Assembly: GCA_965203295.1 (NCBI GenBank)
Contig: CBDBCZ010000013.1
Coordinates: forward strand, 128,001-192,000
Direction of reading: 5' to 3'
Source: Nitrospirales bacterium
Lineage (GTDB): Bacteria > Nitrospirota > Nitrospiria > Nitrospirales > UBA8639
DNA: 64,000 bases
In this document: piece by piece, positions 43,401 to 55,400 of the stretch
How the letters are laid out: every line of letters begins with the position of its first letter
How positions within the stretch are numbered: position 1 is the stretch's first letter
Notes under the pieces: generated by a model
Database searches by the model: none
What the model was told of the DNA's origin: nothing
What the model saw: the letters and a program-made list of their open reading frames with translations, nothing else
Program-made: the position numbers and the translations under genes

Positions 43401-46400
43401 GGTGGCACTGGTTGAAATTGGGCACTGTTCATATCCACTAGGGTACATGTTGAGGTTGCATTTCCTATTAGCTCAAACCCCGAATTACAGGTGTAAGCTG
43501 CCATGTCACCAACAGAGTTGCCATTGAATGTCACCAAGCCATTGTCAATGTCAGCCGGATCCTGACACAGTGCTGCAGGGTACAATTCATGTGAATCATG
43601 CTTAGAATGAATCTACGTACCTGCGTTTATGTGCGGGAGCTGATTGGTCTAGGAACGTGTTTAGTACTACTGAATGTCACATCTCTCTCCAAATGCATTG
43701 GTGACTGTTTAATACAAAACCTACACTACTTTGTTTGACACATGCAACAGAAAATAGCATGTAGCTTTTTTCGGGAGTATTTATTATTTACTGAACTCAC
43801 GTCTGCAAGTTGGTGGTACTGGTTGAAATTGGGCACTATCCATATCCACTAGTGTACATGTTGTGGTTGCATTTCCTATCAGCTCAAACCCCGAATTACA
43901 GGTGTAAGCTGCCATGTCACCAACAGAGTTGCCATTGAATGTCACCATGCCATTGTCAATGTCAACCGGATCTTGACACAGAGCTGCAGAGAAATACTTT
44001 TGTGAAAATAGTTTAGAATAAACCTATAAACCTGCGTTTATGTGCAGAAGGTGATTGGTCTGGGAACATGCTGAGCAATTCTAAATGTCACCTCTCTTAC
44101 CAAATACGAATGCATCGGTGACTGTTTAATTAATACAAAGCCCATACTACTATGTTTGACACATGCAACAGGAAAAAGAATGCAGTCATTTTGAGGAGTA
44201 TTTATTATTCACTGAACTCACGCCTGCAAGTTGGTGGCACTGGTTGAAATTGGGCACTGTTCATATCCACAAGGGTACATGTTGAGGTTGCATTTCCTAT
44301 CAGCTCAAACCCCGAATTACAGGTGTAAGCAGCCATGTCACCAACAGAGTTGCCATTGAATGTCACCATGCCATTGTCAATGTCAACCGGATCTTGACAC
44401 AATACTGCAGAGAAATACTCTTGTGAATTAAGCGTGGAATGAACCTACACACTTGCATTTATGTGTAGGAGCTGATTGGTCTGGGAACATGCTTAGATCT
44501 TCTAAATGTCACATCTACCAAAAACTGAATGCATTGGTGACTGTTACAAAACCCATACTACTATGTTTGACACATGCAACAGGAAATAGCATGTAGCTAT
44601 TTTCGGGAGTATTTGTAATTTACTGAACTCACGTCTGCAAGTTGGTGGCACTGGTTGAAATTGGGCACTGTTCATATCCACTAGGGTACATGTTGAGGTT
44701 GCATTTCCTATTAGCTCAAACCCCGAATTACAGGTGTAAGCTGCCATGTCACCAACAGAGTTGCCATTGAATGTCACCATGCCATTGTCAATGTCAGCCG
44801 GATCCTGACACAGTGCTGCAGGGTACAATTCATGTGAATCATGCTTAGAATGAATCTACGTACCTGCGTTTATGTGCGGGAGCTGATTGGTCTAGGAACG
44901 TGTTTAGTACTACTGAATGTCACATCTCACTCCAAATGCATTGGTGACTGTTTAATACAAAACCTACACTACTTTGTTTGACACATGCAACAGAAAATAG
45001 CATGTAGCTTTTTTCGGGAGTATTTATTATTTACTGAACTCACGTCTGCAAGTTGGTGGTACTGGTTGAAATTGGGCACTGTTCATATCCACTAGGGTAC
45101 ATGTTGAGGTTGCGTTTCCTATCAGCTCAAACCCCGAATTACAGGTGTAAGCAGCCATGTCACCAACAGAGTTGCCATTGAATGTCACCATGCCATTGTC
45201 AATGTTAATCGGACCCTGACACAGTGCTGCAGAGCAATCAAGCTTAAAATGAACCTACGTACCTGCATTAATGTGCAGGAGCTGATTGGTCTGATTGGTC
45301 TGGGATCATGCTTAGCACTTCACATCTCCAAAATTACTACGAATGCATTTGTGACTGGTTAATATAAAGCCCATACTACGTACTATGTTAGAAACATGCA
45401 ACTGATACTAGTATTTAGTCATTTTAGGGAGTATCTATTATTCACTGAACTCACGCCTGCAAGTTGGTGGTGCTGGTTGGAACTCAGCACTGTCCATATC
45501 CACTAGGGTACATGTTGAGGTTGTATTTCCTATCAGCTCAAACCCCGAATTACAGGTGTAAGCAGCAGTGTCACCAACAGAGTTGCCGTTGAATGTCACC
45601 ATGCCATTGCTGATGTTAACCATATCACACAGTGCTGCAGAGCAATATTTATGTCCATAATGCCAAAATAGAGCACATCTGCACTCGTGTGCAGCAGCTG
45701 ATTGGTTTGTTTAGTAGTAGTATTCATTTCATACCCATAAATACTTAAAGTACAAACACAAGCTAGTAGGAATAGCATTGTATCAGCCCCCCCTCCACAA
45801 ATAGTGTGACTGGTATCCACTGTTTGTGCATGCAGCATTGACTACTGCATTACACTTTGGATGCTAATGACGTCATGTTTGGTTTTATTACATCAACATT
45901 TTTGTGTTAAGAATTTTAAATTGAAGGCAGCACCCGCAGTAAGTTTTGTCGTATTGCCAGATAGACATGTGTTCAGTATTAAAAGTTGATCCAGTTTCCC
46001 ACTTCAAAATCTAAAAGGCCACATCTGAGATTGAAAATCAACCAACTTACAGTTTACAGCTGGGAGAAAAGAAGTTCCAAATAAATATACAAGGAGAGCT
46101 ACAATTATTCTAGCACACAGTAAAATAACCAGTTGTCTTACCACATGACTTGCAATTTCTATTGCAGGAAGTCTATTGTTTAACATTCAGCGTACTATTT
46201 CTTAAGCTCCCTATATCTTGAATGCTGTCTTCTTATTACTCCTAGCCATTTGGCTAAAAGAGTTCGCAAATGCATTTTTACTGCTCCTGCATGTTCCGTA
46301 CATTTACGCAACCATCTCATGCATGAATGAGTAGTGGATACCAGAGTCTTATTTATTAAAGGTTGCACGGCCTCAATACGTACAAAGCTGCAGGTGTAAA

Positions 46401-49400
46401 TGACATATGCAACGAAAAATGGGCACGTAGCAATTCCAGGAAATTTATAGTCATACTTTTCATTATATATAACTCACGTCTGCAAGATGGTGGTGCCGGT
46501 TGAAATTCTGCACTGTCCATATCTACTAGAGTACACAACGTGATTGCATTTCCGATCACTTCAAAGCCTGAATCACAAGTATAGGTAGCCATGGCCCCAA
46601 CAGAGTTGCTATTGTGGGTCACCATGCCATTGTTAATGGCAACCGGATCATCACACAGTGCTATAGTACAGAGCAATATTATGTGAATAATGTCATGATG
46701 CAACCTATGTACCTGCACTTGAGTGTGCACAGATAAATATGCTTTTCAGTAGATTTATTATGGTGATGACACATACAACCAAAAATGACGTGTAGTTCAT
46801 TTAGCAGTTAGTACTCACGCCTGCAAGATGGTGGTGTCGGTTGAAAATCTGCACTGTTCATATTTACTAGTGTACATGTTGTCGTTGCATTTCCAATCAG
46901 CTCAAAGCCTGAATCACAAGTGTAAGTGGCCATGGCCCCAACAGAGTTGTCATTGAATGTCACCATGCCATTGTCGATTGTAACTGGATCTTCACATAGC
47001 GCTGCGGAGTAAAATTCATTTAATAACGACAAGTTAGAATCTACCTGTGTTTTTGAACAAGAAATAATTGGCTGGGAACGAGTGAGTAGGTTTAGACTCA
47101 GAGTTTCATATAATACCCATAAATGAATGCTCACAAATGCACTAGTGTCTATTTAGTACTAAAGTCACATCCATGATCCAACTGTAATTTTTACATGTAA
47201 ACAAAATGGCTTTTAGCAATTTCAGGATAGCTATTCAGTGTACTCACGCCTGCAAGATGGTGGTGTAGGTTGAAATTCTGCACTGTCCATATCTACTAGT
47301 GCACATGTTGCAGTTATATTTCCAATCAGTTCAAAGCCCACATTACAGGTGTAAGTGGCCACATCACCGATGGAATTGCCGTTGAATGTCAGCATGCCGT
47401 TGTCAATGTCAACCGGATTATCACACAGTGCTGCAGAGTGATGTTCATTTGAATTATGACATGAATCAACCTACCTGCATTTGTGTGCAGGAGCATATTG
47501 GTCTGAGAATAAACTTCGTAGTTAGTTCCGAGTAGAGAACTAATATGATTCCATTGCATATTTCAAATGCATCATGACGTCGGAATGATAACATCCCTGA
47601 GCTTCTGTTAAGGGCGGGGCTGTAATGTGCTGTATAAATGCATCAATAGTTGTTGCATTTACATAGCGCACTTGAGCTAACTTTAGCCTTGTACCCAGGT
47701 ACATTAATTATGAAAAAGTGTGTCTGGTAACCAAAGTTTGTTTGTGCATGTGTGTAATTTCCCAGCAATCCATGGCAATAGAATACCATTGTGGGATATC
47801 CACGGTGTGATGATGCGAATCTCGTATACATGGCCGTGTTGTCAATTGTGCATGCACAATTAGCTGCTCATGTGTATAACTTCAATCACTTTTTTTCTTA
47901 CTCTAGCTATTCCTCACAGTATTGTTATTGCAAGTTGAACGAGATGCTTCAATGTTGCAGTACAGCTATTAGTACGTGGACTACATCATTTTACACTCTC
48001 ACTAATTATGTTGACGTAATTCGATACATACCAACTTAAATCCATGTGGATTTATTGCACTAATCACATGCAATTGCAAACAGCGGATTCCAGGCGACGA
48101 TTTTAAATGTACCTGGGTATAAGGCTATGCCCTTTACAGAAGTTCAGAGATATCCTGTTTCAAACATAGAGACACAATTGAAATATGAGATGGAAAAATG
48201 TTCTATTTCTTTCCAGGACTATCGCATGAAAATACATTTGTGACTGTTAATCCCTAAGCACATAGTACTATGATCGACACATATGTACGTACAACCAAGC
48301 CATTTCAGGACTTATATTTTGTATTTGTAGTACTCACGCCTGCAAGATGGTTGTGCCGGTTGAAATTCTGCACTGTCCATATTTACTAGTGTACATGTTG
48401 TGGTGGCATTTCCAATCAGCTCAAAACCTGAGTTACATGTGTAAGCAGCCACGTCACCAATGGAGTTTCCATTGAATGTCACCATTCCGTTTCCAATGTT
48501 CACTGGATCATCACATAGTGCTGCAGAGCAAGAATAATGTTAACAGTGATAAAATGGAACCTTCCTGCTTTGTGTTTATACAAGGACTTATTGATATGGG
48601 AACAAGCTTCGTACTTGTAAACCTCAGAGATTTATCCTATACCCATTCAAGAATGCAGAGAAATGCACTTGTAGATGCTTTAGTACATAATATAAGCCAC
48701 ATGCAACCAATAAAAACATTTAGCCATTCCAAGTAGTTCTAGTTTATATTCAGTATTCTCACGCCTGCAAGTTGGTGGAGCCAGTCGATACTCCGCACTG
48801 TTCATGTCCAATAGTGTACAGATGGTTGTTGAATTCCCGATAAGCTCAAATCCAGAGTCACAGGTGTAAGTAGCCACATCATCAATGGAATTGCCATTGA
48901 ATGTCACCATGCCATTGTCAATATTGACTGGATCATCACACAATGCTGAGAGGAGGAATTGTTTGAAGAATGTCAAGTGACTCTACCTGCATTTGTGCAC
49001 ATGCAGGAACTGATTCATCTTAGAGGTTGTGACGTCAGATATTCATCAAGTACCCATACATGTACACACATTATGTACTGCAGTAGCTCTTTTAATTGTA
49101 CGAAGCACATTCTACTATGTATGTTGATGCATACAGCTGGTAATACCATAAAGCCATTCCAGGAAGTTTATAGTTACACTATTTATTCAGTGAACTCACG
49201 TCTACAAAGTGGTGCCGCTGGTTGAAATTCTGCTCTGTCCATATCCACTAGAGTACATGTCGTGATAGCATTTCCGATTATTTCAAACCCCAAATTACAG
49301 GTGTAAGTAGCCACGTCACCAACAGAGTTGCCATTGAGTGTCACCATGCCATTGTCAATGCCAACCGGGTCATCACACAGTGCTATAGTACAGAGTAGAA

Positions 49401-52400
49401 TTCACATGAATAATGTTATGATGCAGCATACCCTGCATTTGCATGCAAGAGCATGGACAGAACTTTAAAAGTTTTAGTAATTTATCCCATATCATGCACA
49501 ATATTATACTGAGCGTGAGCGAGCCCCACACTAGTGTGTTCAATTGAAGATTTGCCTGTGCGGTTACATGTGCACTCCACATACTACATATTGTGTGCAT
49601 CCATGATCCAACACAACAGGCGAAAGTTTTTCAGTCCACATCCCCTTATCCATGATCCACTATAGCAAAAATTTTAATTACAGAACACTTTTTTCAGCCA
49701 CTGCCTCTAGTGACCAAATATGGTGCAGCAATTTGTACACTTAGCTAACACAAATTGTCTAACTTGGGAAGTTATCACTGGTTTAATGCAAATTTTTCAA
49801 ACTCCTGTACACTTCAAAGGAGAGGTGCTCTGTAGACACCCAAAGTCAGTTAGAGGCAAAATATACCTCTCCTAGAGCTAGATGAGCGAACCGCTATATC
49901 TGGATGCCAGTCTACAAACTGTCGACCGGCAAGCCCCGACCATGCTGCAACACGTGAGGTCGCTCATGCTCGTCCCACATGCTCTGATTATACTATATTG
50001 TAGCATGGCAGCCATACAAATCAAAGGTACCGCCTACAGTTTATATAGTGTAGAAGTGTTATAACTGCCAGGCGTGTTCTAACTTCCAATTTATGCATGG
50101 TAGTTAGAACATGGCAATTAGGGAAGTTAGAACACGGCAGCTGTTGCAGCTGTCACGGTTCCTTTGATGTGTATGGCTGTCATGATACAAACCAGCTAAA
50201 CCACCCCCTAGACGCGTTTACCAGCAATACACTCGACACTTCCAGGTAAACGCGTCTAGGGGGTGGTTTAACTATAACTTAGATAAACCACACCACCCAG
50301 CGGTAGGGCTGTATGGAAAATATAGATTGCACTAGTGTACTCTAAAGCCTATACAGACCACAAGTGGTGTGGATTAACTGACTTGTAGCCCAGTGGCTTC
50401 AAATTATAGAGGTCAGCCTGATGTAGTACTACACTGAGCATGTGCAAGTTGTAATCTCCAGCCACTGCTATGTAATCAGTGCTGGATGGTGCAAATCAGT
50501 GAGTACGTTAGTCATAGACCCCTTAGGGTAATATGTAATATAAAAACCATAGCAGGAGATGTACGTATGATATACCACCTGCTGTGGAGGAGGTTTTTGG
50601 AAATATACTGCGAGGGCGGCAGGCCCGAGGGGTATATTCCCAGCAACCTGTGAACACCAGCAGGTGGTATAGCAATGATATCCACTGATTTGCCATGGTT
50701 CATAAGATATCTATCATGTCGAATTTTGATAAGGTGTATATCCTCTTACCGTTTCCATAGTAACATAGTATATAAATATATACTGATCCAACCACAGTTC
50801 AATATGTGCATACTCAAGGCATATATTGGCCTGTTGGTATACCTTGAATCCACCCTAACAAAGAGCTACGTGCGCATAAAATACACCGGGTAGCTCATTA
50901 GTAGAAAGGACACGTATTTATGGTGACACAAGCAACCAAAAAGGCTTGTAGCAACTTAAGCAGGTTAAAAGTCAGTACTTACGCCTGCAAGATGGTGGTA
51001 CTGGTTGAAAATCTGCACTGTCCATATCCACTAGTGTACACGTCGTGGTTGAATCTCCGATCAACTCAAATCCTGAATCACACGTATAAGTAGCCATGTC
51101 TCCAATGGAGTTACCATTGAATGTCACCGTGCCATTGGCAATTGTAACTGGATCCTCACAAAGTGCTGCAGAGCAAAATTCATGCGAATAATGGAATCTA
51201 ACTGCATTTCCGTACAAGACCTGATTGTCTAGGGGCGAGTTTAGTACGTAGTACTACTTTCTAAACTCGGAGATTCATGACATATGCATAAATGAATGCC
51301 CACAAATGTATAGTGTCTTTTTAGTACTAGACACACTACTATGATCTTCACATGTACAAAATGGCATATGGCTATGGCTGTTCCAGGGAGTTTATAGTTA
51401 TTCAGTGCACTCACGCCTGCAAGATGGTGGTGCTGGTTGAAATGTAGCACTGTCCATATCCACTTGTGTACATGTTGTGGTTACAGCTCCAATCAGCTCA
51501 AAGCCTGAATTACAGGTGTAAGTAACCATGTCCCCAACGGAGTTGCCATTGAATGTCACCACGCCATTGTTAATGTCGGACGGATCATCACACAGTGCTG
51601 CAGAGCAATAATCATGCTAATAATGCCATAATACAACCAACCTGGGTTTGCATGTGTGCAGGAGTAGATTGATCTGAGAATATGCTACGTCTTAGAGTTT
51701 ACACGAATGAATATGGAATCCCTCTTAAAAGACACCACCAATATAAGAACACCTCTGCACTTTACTGTGTCCCAAATAATATTATGTCTTCAAGGTCCTC
51801 AAGGTGTCCATATTAGATGGGCTCCACTGAAATACATTTATGGCTGTTTAGTACTAACCACATAATTTTATGATTGACACATACATGTACATAAAAAACA
51901 GTACATATATATATCCATTCCAGAAGTTATATTTATATTTGTTGTACTTACGCCTGCAAAATGGTGGTGCTGGTTGAAATTCTGCACTGTCCATATTCAC
52001 TAGGGTACATGTTGTGATTGCATTTCCTATCAGTTCAAAACCTGAATTACACGTGTAAGTAGCCACATCACCAATAGAGCGTCCATTGAATGTTACCATT
52101 CCATTTCCAATGTCCACTGGAACATCACACAGTGCTGCAGAGCAAGATTCATGTTAATATGGGACCTACCTGCTTTTGTGTACAAGGACTATTTGGTGTG
52201 GGAACAAGCTTAGTAGTTGTAAACTTGAAACATTTATCCCATACCTATTTATGAATGCAGAGAAATGCACTGGTAGATATTATTATAATGAATATTAAAG
52301 CCAGATTGATAGACATACATGTATGTAACCGAAAACGGCATGTAGCCATCCTAGGTAGTTTATAGTTATTCAGTGTTCTCACGCCTGCAAGATGGTGGCG

Positions 52401-55400
52401 CCAGTTGAAATTCTGCACTGTCCATATTCACTAGTGTACAGGTGGTTGTTGAGTTTCCGATAAGCTCAAATCCAGAGTCACAGGTGTAAGTAGCCACATC
52501 ACCAATGGAATTTCCAGTGAATGTTGCCATGCCGTTGTCAATATTTACTGGATCATTGCACAGTGCTGCAGAAAAAGTTTCCTCTCAAGATGGTTTGCTT
52601 TTGTGTGCATGCAAGGACTGAATGATCAGGTAAGGAGTTTTCAGGCAGATATTTAACATATACCCACACACATATGCACATAAATGCACTAATGACCTTT
52701 TTGTACAAAAACCATTTCTTTTAAATTATGTATGTAGACACACTCAGCTGAGAATGGTAGCCATTCCAGAAAATTATAGCGTTTATTCTGTGTACTTACG
52801 CCTGCAAGATGGTGGTGCCGGTTGAAATTCTGCACTGTCCATATCCAATAATGTACAAGTTGTGATTGCATTTCCGACAAGCTCAAAACCCGAATCACAG
52901 GTGTAGGTAGCCACGTCTCCAATGGAGTTACCATTGAGTGCTACCATGCCATTGTCAATGTCAACCGGATCTTGACACAGTGCTGCAAAACATGAACAAT
53001 GATAAAATGGAACCTACTTGCATTTGTGTACAGCAGTAGAATGCTATTAAAATTAGCTTAGAAGTGGTATACCTCAGAGATTCAACTCATACTCGTACAT
53101 GTATGGATACTTGTAGGTTTTTTAATAATGTAAATAGAGTCAATACACCAGGAAAGACAGAATATCCTGTCATTTTGATGATTATCAAGCCTGCACAACT
53201 TGTACAGTCAACCACATGCTCTGTTAGCTGGTCTTCGCTGCTGTCGGTTTTGTAAGTCTCTTTCTGCTGCCAGCCATCACTTCATTGCTGAGACATAGAA
53301 GCCACAAGTGTTAAACCTAGTCCGCTTTAGACTTCAGTGAAACAGAACGTTAACATAGTCAACAGTTTCACTAGACCAGATGGCTAATTAGCAGCACCCA
53401 GAAATGTGCCAACAGGCTGAGGAGGACAGATATTGTAGCTGCTGCTGCAGCAGTAGCTTTGCCAGTAGCTGTCAGGGGCTCTGTGCCAGCTAGCTGGGTC
53501 ATGTGAATTTGCTACACACAACACAAATGCTTGTGTTGTGTGTAGCAAATTCACATGATTTAGTTAACACACTGATGTCTGCTCCAGGTGGCAGACATCA
53601 GTGTGTTAACCAAATCTCCTAACATTATGACAAGGAGATCCAAAACTGACTGCAATGACAGTGGTCGGGGTGTACGTGTTGGCGGAACAGGGGAGATTAT
53701 TTGCCCAGTACAGCCCATTAAAAATACATGCAAACAGGAATAACACTATTTTCACCACGTCCCTGTTTAAATGGCAGCAGGGTCATCAGGTCTACTTTAA
53801 CCAGGGATGGTGGAACAGTTATAGTCACAAATGCTATGCAACTATGGCCCAGAGATCTTCAGAGAGTGCAGCAAAAGTACTTTGCAGTAAGTGACACACA
53901 TGACATCTTCGTTTTGTTCACATATATATATATCCCCATTCGAAGTGTTCACCATGATATACATATTATGTTGGTATAGCTATGTATCAACACTGCACAC
54001 TTATGTAGCCTAATGAAAATTGGCAGACAATGCTGCCAGCCCAGGCCTTGTGGACTAGGCCTGGGCTGGTAAGGTGATGCCAGCGCATCACCTTACCACT
54101 CCTGGCTCCTTCCAAGTGGCCAAGCAATATATTATCGTCAAATGGGTGAGGGGTACGTTCATTGGCACATGCTTAGGATGCCCTAAGAGTGTTAAATTAT
54201 GAATGACACATGCAAACTACCCATATTTCAAAAGGCTCATGATTATACTCTTAATTCGGGGTACTCACGCCTGCAAGATGGTGGTGCTGGCTGAAATTCT
54301 GCATTGTCCATATCCACTAGTGTACATGTTGTGCTTCCTTCTCCGATCAACTCAAAGCCCGAATTACAGGTGTAAGTAGCAATGGAACCAACTGTTCGAT
54401 TAGTGAATACCACATTGCCATTGTTAATGCCAACTGGTTCACTACACTGTACTGTAGGGCAAAAGAGCATTGATAAAACTTCAGAACAAAATCTATAGTA
54501 ATTCCCCTTTTTGCAATTGAGTTGCAAGTTTGAATCCAATGCTTTTTTTTACTGTCATGAGCTGTATGCAGTACTGACTTATGTATGTTCGCGTACTCAT
54601 CAAACTTACCATCATCATTAATTATAGTAATCATTCCATTTCCGGCAGTAGCTGAAATTATAACATTGTCTGTAGATACAGAGAGTTCAAATATCCTAAT
54701 ATTGAGTGTTTCATTTCCTTCTACCACGCCGTCATCAATGATTGGTACATTCACTGTTCGTGTTGAACCATCTGTAGCTCCAGATTCAAAAGTCAAGATG
54801 GCTGTAGTTGCAGTGTAGTCTGCACCAGCTATAACAGAAAGTGTGTTGTGATTAGGAATGGGTGTATAATGTTTGTCAGGAAGTGTGGTCGCAGCAGCAT
54901 AATAAACATATAGAAAAGTGTGCATGTAAAAGGCCTACTACATGCATGTATACACTATTCTCAGATATTTATTACTGTTGTACTTGACGTATACCTGTTG
55001 CAGTACTGCCAGCTACAACTGTTTCAAAAGTCACTCCGATATCAAAGGTAAGCATTCCACCAGTATACTCAACAACCACCACTGCATCTCCAACATCTTC
55101 ATCCACTGTGTATGTAGTTGGCATCAGACTGAATGTACCCACTGTACGTATGGGATTAAAATGATACAAATGAAGCAGGTCATCATTGCCATTTCTATTT
55201 GGCAGCTTTTATAAATATAGCAGTAGTTGAGATGAATGAGATAGCAAGTACTATGTACTCACAGTTTGTGTTCAGCAGCAGCCCACACAGCAAAAACACA
55301 CAATTATGTGAATTTTAAGCTCACTGGTTACAAACGAACTGGCATGATAAATACAGATTCATTATATGTAGACATACAGAAGTGTGCAGTTTTAGCTAAG

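Larger units (their letters stand above)
10448..54451. repeat. Tandem array of about 400-bp exon+intron units, interrupted by TE insertions
   Basis: Both exon and flanking intron sequence recur in every unit (for example ...tgacacatgcaac..., gtggtgagtgtggata, ctgcagagcaagattcat). Confidence 0.95.

Noticed and set aside
15655..52117. Treating each 60-120 aa minus-strand ORF as a separate small gene
   Set aside because: Their starts are mostly TTG/GTG or intronic, they lack signal peptides, and homology stops exactly at AG and GT splice signals.
10448..54451. CRISPR-like or satellite interpretation of the regular ~400-bp repeat
   Set aside because: The repeats are 183-nt coding exons with splice sites, the spacers are homologous introns, and there are no cas genes; the context is eukaryotic.
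10448..54451. Claim of strict mutually exclusive splicing or RAG-type DNA rearrangement
   Set aside because: Introns are about 190 nt or longer (no steric exclusion), joined exons stay in frame, and no long docking/selector complement was found. CACAGTG occurs only as reverse-strand Ala-Leu-Cys coding sequence, and I saw no consistent nonamer at 12/23 spacing. Left as an untested hypothesis.
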